Below are positions 57,762 through 64,000 of a stretch of DNA of 64,000 nt, in pieces. Positions within the stretch are counted from its first letter, which is position 1, and every line of letters begins with the position of its first letter. This DNA is from a virus (taxonomy: Duplodnaviria > Caudoviricetes), in the IMG/VR virus record IMGVR_UViG_3300027983_002388; one strand, written 5' to 3'. A program made the translations under genes and the position numbers. The notes below the pieces were generated by a model. It saw nothing but the letters and a program-made list of their open reading frames with translations. It made no database searches and was not told the DNA's origin.

Positions 57762-59798
57762 TCATTCTTGAGACAATTTAGTATATCCACCTTCATGAAC
57801 CATTCTGATAACGTCTGATCCTTCGAGCATTCGCATAAGGTCTGGATCATGAGTCGTGACAAACACTTGCTTGTCTTCGGCCAACTCACAGATCATATTG
57901 TAAATGCCTTGGACACCCAAAGGATCGACATTGGTGCTGACTTCATCTAAGAAGACAATAGACGGGATGGAACCGGAGCTAACGGTCATGACGTGTGCGA
58001 AAGATTGGCTCACAGCAAGATTGAGACGCCGACGTTGCCCTGTAGACATAGCATGATATACATAAGGATCGCCATCCACTGGATTACGTTCAATTTTTTC
58101 GTTCAACTCATTATCGAACTTGAGCGTGATCTTATTGTCGATAAGGAACTGAAGCCAATAATTGATACGGCTGTTAAGCTCTGGAATAATCCCATCCACA
58201 ACCCATTTGCGAATACCATGTTCGCCGAGGCCAGCAATCCAATAATCAAAATATGGCAATTCAGCTTCGAGAGCTTTTACCTCGACTTCTTTATTGGCCA
58301 CATTGAGAGTGACGTTATCAAGTTCCACTTTATCGTTGTCGATAAAGTCTTGATATGGCGAGCGACCTGCCAACTCTGTTTTTTTGCTTTCAACCGAATT
58401 CTTGATTTGAGAAATCTCTTGTTCCAAAAGAGCTTCAGCACTATCCGCTTTTGGTTCACGCACCTTAGAGGCGGCAACCAGATCATTTCTCAATGTTCTG
58501 AGTTGGGAATCAATTGAACCAATCTTTGTCACAACCTGACCGATCATGGTTGTGACTTTTCCCTGTCGCAGCTTCAGATCATCAGTTTTAACGGCAATCT
58601 CTTTGCCTCCCGTCATGGCCGTCTGAATATCAAGATTGATCTCATTGATTTCTAATTTAAGACCATTCACATATTCAAGGATATTTTCCTCTTCAACAAC
58701 ACTGCGGCATTTTCCGCAGCGGGTGCCGGGCTTATTGGATTCCAAATCAGCAATCTCAAATTCTTTTTTCTTCCGATCAGCCAACTTAACTCTCGCAGTC
58801 GCAGAAAACTCTTCATACTGCTTGGTAAGTCCCTGAGCCTCTAATTTCAATTCCGCTTCTTTGTCTTTCACCAACTGAAGTTTCTTCTCCAGATCAGCCT
58901 TAGAAACCTCCAAAGGAGGAATCGAATCATTGATAGAGGTAATCTTGACCTGAGCCTCTTGGTATGCCAGGAGTGCAGCGCCAGTATCAGTAGAGGCTAA
59001 TTCTTGTCTCTTGGTTAGAATGGATTTCTCAAGAACAACGATCTCATTTTTCTTCGTGAGTTGCCAATCAACATGCTTCTTTTCAGTCAACAAAAGACGA
59101 CGATTGGCATCATCCTTAATGGACAATAGAAGGTTGTATTCTTTTGCTTTCGAGTCGATATTCTGTTTAATCACCTTCCGCAACTCTTTGGCGTTTTCAT
59201 GCCACTCTCGATAGTCGCCCAATGAAAGCAGATTTTCTACGATCTCTTTCTTTTGAGGATTATCACACTCCAAGAAGCACAATCGCTGATCGTCTGTGAA
59301 TATGCACATATTCACAAAAGCGTCATAAGACAAACCGATGACACTTTCAATCTTCTTTTGAGTAGTCTGCATTGTGCCTTGAGTAATCTCTGTGGTCTTG
59401 TCCCAGATGGCATCTGGGCTTTCCCACAATCTCAAGCTGTTTCCGTCTTTGCGATCCAACCGTGTACGAACAACACGGTAATCGCCAAAGATAAGTTCAA
59501 CTTTGCAGTCTTTACCTACAAGGTTGTGAACGACATCATTGACTTTCAATTTTTGTTTTACGGTTTTGCCAAAAAGACCATAAACAATAATCTCTTGCAA
59601 TGAGCTTTTGCCTGTTCCATTACTGGAAATCTTGGTTTCATCAGATTGTTCACTTGATGAATCAATTGCCTTAGCATCTCGATTCTCGCCACGAATCAAA
59701 ATGATATTGCCGTATTTCTCCAATGGAAGTTGGATACCTACGGGACCGAAGGGCAAAAAGTTCCACGCCGCAATGTGTTTGAAGGTTAGATTTATCAT
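57762..59798 (-). CDS. sbcC: SbcC/Rad50-like ATPase (T4 gp46-like)
   Basis: SNGTGKSS, coiled coils with CGKC hook, MSTGQ signature, VFLDEV, H-loop TTH. Confidence 0.9.
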   Translation of the reverse strand: MINLTFKHIAAWNFLPFGPVGIQLPLEKYGNIILIRGENRDAKAIDSSSEQSDETKISSNGTGKSSLQEIIVYGLFGKTVKQKLKVNDVVHNLVGKDCKVELIFGDYRVVRTRLDRKDGNSLRLWESPDAIWDKTTEITQGTMQTTQKKIESVIGLSYDAFVNMCIFTDDQRLCFLECDNPQKKEIVENLLSLGDYREWHENAKELRKVIKQNIDSKAKEYNLLLSIKDDANRRLLLTEKKHVDWQLTKKNEIVVLEKSILTKRQELASTDTGAALLAYQEAQVKITSINDSIPPLEVSKADLEKKLQLVKDKEAELKLEAQGLTKQYEEFSATARVKLADRKKKEFEIADLESNKPGTRCGKCRSVVEEENILEYVNGLKLEINEINLDIQTAMTGGKEIAVKTDDLKLRQGKVTTMIGQVVTKIGSIDSQLRTLRNDLVAASKVREPKADSAEALLEQEISQIKNSVESKKTELAGRSPYQDFIDNDKVELDNVTLNVANKEVEVKALEAELPYFDYWIAGLGEHGIRKWVVDGIIPELNSRINYWLQFLIDNKITLKFDNELNEKIERNPVDGDPYVYHAMSTGQRRRLNLAVSQSFAHVMTVSSGSIPSIVFLDEVSTNVDPLGVQGIYNMICELAEDKQVFVTTHDPDLMRMLEGSDVIRMVHEGGYTKLSQE

Positions 59799-59841
59799 GC
59801 GGGCAGTATAGAACTTCTCGCAATGTGCTGCAATACGATTG

Positions 59842-60576
59842 TTATTTATTGTTATTTATATTGCTGTCAAGCACAGTCTTTGGCATCAACTTACGAAGAA
59901 CGGCACTCTTTTTTCGATCAAGAGTTTGATATAGCTCTTTGTGCCGTTCCCAGAAGAAAATGTTTCTATTGTTAAGCATTCTCTTGATCTGTCCGGTAGG
60001 GTGAACCGTCTTTTGAATTTGACCCTTATAGGTCAACTTGCCATCCACGTCTTTCAAATGCGGAATGTCAGTAAAGTTCCAAGTGTTGTCGGTCTTCACA
60101 AGAAACTTACCAAAGTGGTTAATCAAGCACTCATGAAAACTGCCTTTGTCATTCATGAAAGACATGATATTCAAAATATCCTGCACGCACATCCATTGAT
60201 AAGACGGACCAACCAAAAAACCGTGACTACGATTAGAAGATACAACCAGATCATCTTTAGCTATCTTGAATATTTCGCTAATGTCATCCTGAAAGGAAAC
60301 ATCGGCATCCCAATAAGCAAATACAGCAGATTCTTTTTTGGCGAAGTTGGCAATTGCTCGCAATGTATCGGAACGTATATCTCCAAAAGAAATGCCAGTA
60401 AACAGCATCGCTCCGGTTTCAAGAATTTTACTTTTGGTGTTGGTCGAAAGACCAAACCCAACAATGACTATGCGTTCTGGATCGTGTTTGGCAATTTCTC
60501 GCAAGGAAACTAACCAAGATACACCCCACAAGTGCCAATACGCTTCGTCAAAACCAGTTACAACATAGTTTTTCAT
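59842..60576 (-). CDS. GT-A-like nucleotide-sugar transferase
   Basis: VVTGFDEAY, IVIVGFGL, AYWDADV DxD motif. Confidence 0.5.
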   Translation of the reverse strand: MKNYVVTGFDEAYWHLWGVSWLVSLREIAKHDPERIVIVGFGLSTNTKSKILETGAMLFTGISFGDIRSDTLRAIANFAKKESAVFAYWDADVSFQDDISEIFKIAKDDLVVSSNRSHGFLVGPSYQWMCVQDILNIMSFMNDKGSFHECLINHFGKFLVKTDNTWNFTDIPHLKDVDGKLTYKGQIQKTVHPTGQIKRMLNNRNIFFWERHKELYQTLDRKKSAVLRKLMPKTVLDSNINNNK

Positions 60577-60577
60577 A

Positions 60578-61636
60578 TCACTCCACTTTTTGACAAATTT
60601 TGCGACCGATACGCAGAAGCTCATCTCGATCAAGATTTTTGGGGCCAATCTCATCAACATACTTACCAAGCATTTCATCGCCCCTGTATAAGATAGCTTT
60701 GGCATCTTGGATTACATGCTGATCCATAATCTTTTTTTGCTGCTTGATCTCCAAGCTGCCCATATTATTGGATTCCAGCATCTCTTTTCGCAGGGCAACC
60801 AAATCGGTTGCTCCAATATCGTCAACTTTAATACGAATGAAATTTTTGTTCAAATCGTATTTGTCTTTATCCTTGATGCTGATGACCAAGTGAACGGGAC
60901 TGAAATCATTTGGGATATATGTCTTCTTGCCAGTTTTACCATTGAAAGCAATGATGTGCTTCTTCTGGAATGCTTCACCGAAAGAAAGCTCCAAAGGAGA
61001 ACCAACATATTCGACCTTCTCATTAACCCGTTGTTCGGCATGGTAGTGACCAAGGAACGTGTGTTTATAATGATCGAATAAACTAACGCCCACACTCACC
61101 ATATCGCCGTCATGTTCGATGGAAATATCAGACTGATGGGTGCCATGCAGGATAGCTCCGTCAATAGCAATATGTCCTAACGCATATTCTGGGCTTCCTG
61201 GTTTTTCCTTGAGTTCTTCCAACGTGGTAATCGGATTGTGTGTGAACGGAATAAAGTCCCAATTCGATCCAGCGATATTGATACGCTCAGGACGAGCGAT
61301 AATCTGAACGCCGGGCAGTGCCGATAAAGGAATGACGCTGCTGACCGAGGTTTTATCGTTGTACCAAAGATCGTGATTTCCCAGCAGCAAATATAGTTTG
61401 AATTTGCCGCCCCTCAGTCGCTTCTCCAAAGTCTCGAAAGCTCTTTGGTAGGTGTAGACCTCGATTTTTTGACGGTCGTGATATAGATCGCCACCAAATA
61501 GAATATTGGTTATTCCTCGTTGTTCAGCAACGTCAAATACCCAATCAAGTGCCTTTAGGCAATCTTCCAATCGACCATTGGATCGCTTGTGCGGGTGAAC
61601 GTGAATATCGCTAAAGATCAAAACTTCATCATTCAT
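60578..61636 (-). CDS. sbcD: SbcD/Mre11-like nuclease (T4 gp47-like)
   Basis: SDIH, GGDLYH, LGNHD, LGHYH, YVGSP..SFGE. Confidence 0.9.
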   Translation of the reverse strand: MNDEVLIFSDIHVHPHKRSNGRLEDCLKALDWVFDVAEQRGITNILFGGDLYHDRQKIEVYTYQRAFETLEKRLRGGKFKLYLLLGNHDLWYNDKTSVSSVIPLSALPGVQIIARPERINIAGSNWDFIPFTHNPITTLEELKEKPGSPEYALGHIAIDGAILHGTHQSDISIEHDGDMVSVGVSLFDHYKHTFLGHYHAEQRVNEKVEYVGSPLELSFGEAFQKKHIIAFNGKTGKKTYIPNDFSPVHLVISIKDKDKYDLNKNFIRIKVDDIGATDLVALRKEMLESNNMGSLEIKQQKKIMDQHVIQDAKAILYRGDEMLGKYVDEIGPKNLDRDELLRIGRKICQKVE

Positions 61637-61920
61637 ACCGATTCTCCGAGCAGTTCGAGAAGGACATCGCCATGACAGAGTTTGGGACGACACCAGCAAC
61701 CCAGACGTTTTCCACGAAGGTCTTCAAGCGATGCCATTAAATCAGGTTGGGTCTTTATCCATTCCCGATATTTGTCAATGGCTTCATAACGGGTCGCAAC
61801 TTTTGTCTCGGCCAAGCAACTTGGTTTATGACTGAAAGGGTTGCCCCAGATTGAAGGTCGTCCGATATAAACGTCGTACTCATCACGACCGCAGTGTACG
61901 ATACTGGTTTTCATGTTCAT
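61633..61920 (-). CDS. DUF4326 family protein
   Basis: VYIGRPSIWGNPF..LRGKRLGCWC.P..CHGDVL. Confidence 0.85.
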   Translation of the reverse strand: MNMKTSIVHCGRDEYDVYIGRPSIWGNPFSHKPSCLAETKVATRYEAIDKYREWIKTQPDLMASLEDLRGKRLGCWCRPKLCHGDVLLELLGESV

Positions 61921-61963
61921 GGGCGTATTGTGCCTAAACCAGTGCGTTCAATCAAGACAAGAT

Positions 61964-61995
61964 AAAAAAATAGACGACTCGTAAATAGTCGTCTA
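61964..61995 (-). terminator. Intrinsic terminator
   Basis: tagacgact/agtcgtcta stem with A7 run on the plus strand. Confidence 0.6.
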
Positions 61996-62005
61996 TAAAG
62001 CAGAT

Positions 62006-62323
62006 TTATTGATTTTGCATATCGGGCTTATCGGGCTTTTCCTGTCCGTCTCCACTGAGAACTCTTTCCAAAACGTCCCAGACGTTGTATGCTTTGAGCT
62101 TCTGAGGAGCGGTGCCACCAGCCGGTGCGCCAGGCATCCCTCCCATCGGTGGAGCGCCCATGCCCATTCCACCACCCATCGGTGGCATTCCACCCATTGG
62201 GGGAGCGCCGCCAGCAGGCAGTAATGCCCCAGGACCACTGATTCCACCAGCCCCGCCCGGTGGAGGCGGTGGTGGTGCAGCTTCGTTCAGTTTGAATTCG
62301 AGAAATTTCTTGAAGGTATTCAT
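62006..62323 (-). CDS. Pro/Gly/Met-rich protein with capsid-targeting-like N-terminus
   Basis: MNTFKKFLEFKLNE-AAPPPPPP. Confidence 0.7.
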   Translation of the reverse strand: MNTFKKFLEFKLNEAAPPPPPPGGAGGISGPGALLPAGGAPPMGGMPPMGGGMGMGAPPMGGMPGAPAGGTAPQKLKAYNVWDVLERVLSGDGQEKPDKPDMQNQ

Positions 62324-62463
62324 CACCTTATGTAGTGACGAAAATCGGAAATTTCCCAAAAGGATCGAACCTGAATCGTTTTTGACTCTCTAAGGTATCT
62401 GAAGCCAAGTCGCTGGAAGTCTCGGAACCGACAAGTGCGTTTTCAACTTTGTCGAGAAGTAAC

Positions 62464-62492
62464 TTTACAAGTGACAAAAGCCGTGGTATGAT
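62464..62492 (+). promoter_or_regulatory. Early sigma70-type promoter
   Basis: TTTACA-N17 (ending CGTGG)-TATGAT, with no long ORF downstream. Confidence 0.75.
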
Positions 62493-62498
62493 ACCAAC

Positions 62499-62816
62499 GT
62501 CCTGATCGGACAACGCTTCTTGTGAGTCTGGGCGTGTGGGGCTTGCCTCATTATCAGACGAGGGTGGGAGTCAACCTAATGACCGGGTTTTAATGTTTGC
62601 ACCAAAGCATAAGCAAGCGTCGGCTTCTATGGGTTGTCTGTGCCGTAATCAGACCACCCGGCTTCTATGGGTTGTCTGTGCCGTAATCAGACCACCCGGC
62701 TTCTATGGGTTGTCTGTGCCGTAATCAGACCACCCGGCTTCTATGGGTTGTCTGTGCCTCAATCAGACCACCCGCCTGCGAGTTGAATAAAATTTCAGAT
62801 TCCGTCTTGAAATTTT
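62499..62816 (+). ncRNA. Putative early structured non-coding RNA
   Basis: Promoter upstream; 12-bp closing stem 62513-62524 with 62608-62620; four pseudoknot-capable repeats; weak hairpin 62789-62816. Confidence 0.5.
62621..62772 (+). repeat. Four head-to-tail 38-bp repeats
   Basis: cggcttctatgggttgtctgtgccgtaatcagaccacc x3 plus a fourth copy with two substitutions. Confidence 0.95.
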
Positions 62817-62835
62817 GTTTCGAGACGACTACTAT
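62807..62835 (+). promoter_or_regulatory. Sigma70-type promoter for the leader/tRNA operon
   Basis: TTGAAA-N17-TACTAT. Confidence 0.55.
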
Positions 62836-62883
62836 AACAGACACAAGCGAACAAAACGTCCGCACAATCAATTGGAGTTCATC

Positions 62884-62964
62884 GTGAACACTTTATCCCT
62901 CAGTCTATCGCTCTCTTATTCCTTGCTATCATTTAGCAACGGAGAAGGCTGCGTCCTGACTTAA
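62884..62964 (+). CDS. 26-aa Leu/Ser-rich attenuator leader peptide MNTLSLSLSLSYSLLSFSNGEGCVLT
   Basis: SD GGAG 6 nt before GTG; codons 4-18 are 6 Leu, 7 Ser, 1 Tyr, 1 Phe. Confidence 0.7.
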   Translation: MNTLSLSLSLSYSLLSFSNGEGCVLT

Positions 62965-63037
62965 AGGGACAATTGTGGGGAAGAATAAACCCCCGGCAGC
63001 TTTCTCCAGAAATGGAAAAGCTGCCGGGGGTTTTTTT
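62915..63037 (+). promoter_or_regulatory. Transcription attenuator (protector, antiterminator, terminator)
   Basis: 1:2 = 62915-62927 with 62935-62948; 2:3 = 62941-62952 with 62996-63007; 3:4 = 62990-63030 stem, GAAA loop, T7. Confidence 0.72.
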
Positions 63038-63042
63038 AGTTT

Positions 63043-63132
63043 GGGAGTAAGGCGACTGCTGGTTGTGTCGCACCTGCCTGTAAAGCAGGGCCTACAAGGT
63101 AAACATCGCAGGTTCAATTCCTGCTGCTCCCA
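63043..63132 (+). tRNA. tRNA-Tyr (GUA), long variable arm, CCA not encoded
   Basis: GGGAGTA/TGCTCCC acceptor; CCTGC-CTGTAAA-GCAGG; GCAGG-TTCAATT-CCTGC. Confidence 0.92.
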
Positions 63133-63204
63133 CTGTGTACGTCAGATTTATTGTTGCGTCCTCACTCTTGTAGTGCGGAGGCAACTAATGAAAGAATAAC
63201 AAAC

Positions 63205-63276
63205 GGATCGGTAGCTGAGATGGAGTATCGCTGGCCTGAAAAGCCGGAGACGAGGATTCGAGCGACTCCCGATCCA
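63205..63276 (+). tRNA. tRNA-Phe (GAA), atypical or degenerate
   Basis: GGATCGG/CCGATCC acceptor; CTGGC-CTGAAAA-GCCGG; T stem GAGGA/GACTC has two mismatches; D stem has one. Confidence 0.7.
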
Positions 63277-63288
63277 CTGAAAGGAACA

Positions 63289-63849
63289 ATGATGGAACCG
63301 ATTTATTTGCCATCTGCTGGCAACGATATGAGCAGAGTGGTTAACTCTATTTTCGATGAAACGAAGGGTCTTGAATGGCTGACCGAGAGGTCTGCCCGGA
63401 AAGAATACTTCATGTCCACGAAAGACAGAGAGTATAGCTACGGGAACAGACATCAAGGCGACGTAATGTACAGAAGCAAGCCATTCAGTTTTTTAGTGGG
63501 ACAGTTTATGGAGTACATAAACGAAACACAGAAATCTGAATTCAATGTTTGTTTTCTGAACCGCTACGAAAACGAACAACAGCACCTTGGATGGCACGCT
63601 GATGATTTTCCGGGAATGAGAGCCGATCAGTCAATCGCCGTGTTGTCGTTGGGAGCAGAACGGGAAATATGGTGGAAGGAAAAATCCTTCAAAGGAATTA
63701 TTCCACCAGAAAATAAACAACTGTTGGAACACGGCAGCATATGGATTATGCCTGTTGGATTTCAAGATGTTTATCTTCACAAAATTCCAAAACATGGAAA
63801 GCCTTGTGGAGAAAGGATCAGTTTGACATTCAGAAGTTTTGTTGATTGA
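63289..63849 (+). CDS. alkB: AlkB-family 2OG-Fe(II) dioxygenase
   Basis: LNRY..GWHADD, VLSLGAER, HGS..M, HKIPK, RISLTFR; SD AAGGA before ATG 63289. Confidence 0.88.
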   Translation: MMEPIYLPSAGNDMSRVVNSIFDETKGLEWLTERSARKEYFMSTKDREYSYGNRHQGDVMYRSKPFSFLVGQFMEYINETQKSEFNVCFLNRYENEQQHLGWHADDFPGMRADQSIAVLSLGAEREIWWKEKSFKGIIPPENKQLLEHGSIWIMPVGFQDVYLHKIPKHGKPCGERISLTFRSFVD

Positions 63850-63946
63850 CGGTAGAAGTCTGTATGTTGTCCACCGGCTTGCCGAGTTCAACGGGACTCT
63901 GAGCTAATGACTCAGACGAAAGATTGATGCTCCGATCAACAAAAAT

Positions 63947-64000
63947 GGCACGGTGATGCAATTTGGCAGACATCTCACGCTTAGAACGTGGGTTCTGTGG
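63947..64000 (+). tRNA. tRNA-Leu (UAG), truncated by the window end
   Basis: GGCACGG-TG-ATGC D arm; TCACG-CTTAGAA-CGTGG. Confidence 0.75.

Noticed and set aside
62621-62772. CRISPR array interpretation of the 38-bp repeats
   Set aside because: Units are head-to-tail with no spacers, and there are no cas genes in the window.
62328-62887. ORFs 62328-62513, 62536-62724 and 62705-62887; also tmRNA, RNase P or hammerhead ribozyme
   Set aside because: The ORFs lack SD or protein-like signal, or just translate the repeats; no tmRNA ends or CUGAUGA/GAAA core seen.
62941-62972. tRNA-Leu(UAA) fragment around gtcctgacttaaagggac
   Set aside because: The loop is 8 nt and there are no D, T or acceptor arms; the segment is explained by the attenuator.
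63151-63288. N-terminal extension of the AlkB ORF
   Set aside because: It runs through the tRNA-Phe gene; ATG 63289 has a good SD.
1-64000. Stop-codon recoding (TAG or TGA read-through)
   Set aside because: Well-formed genes end in TAG (4618, 33059) and TGA (2533, 12834) without fragmentation.

Overview
This window is a fragment of a large T4-like myophage genome in the standard genetic code; the host cannot be determined from the sequence. It contains a neck/tail/baseplate module (gp13-, gp14-, gp15-, gp18-, gp19-, gp26- and gp51-like genes), a gp55-like late sigma factor, and nucleotide/NAD metabolism genes (NAMPT, NUDIX, PyrG, class II RNR). It also has a Dam-type methylase, SbcCD/gp46-47, a Holliday junction resolvase, about eight glycosylation genes, a MoxR AAA + VWA pair, and the start of a tRNA cluster at the right end. 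The strongest unexplained structure is in the last 1.6 kb. (i) A complete ribosome-mediated attenuator sits directly in front of tRNA-Tyr, -Phe and -Leu: promoter, SD, a 26-aa Leu/Ser leader peptide using all six Ser codons, and protector, antiterminator and terminator pairings. This suggests phage tRNAs are switched on when host tRNAs are depleted. (ii) A non-coding RNA under an early promoter carries four 38-nt units that can each fold as an H-type pseudoknot, resembling a type III antitoxin mimic. Other highlights are an ADP-ribosyltransferase-HD fusion, about nine ORFs with T4 capsid-targeting-like N-termini, a 35-bp tandem array that splits a gene, a six-member early promoter family, and a possible leaderless late-promoter motif. 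All product calls come from reading motifs by eye; no database searches or folding programs were run.
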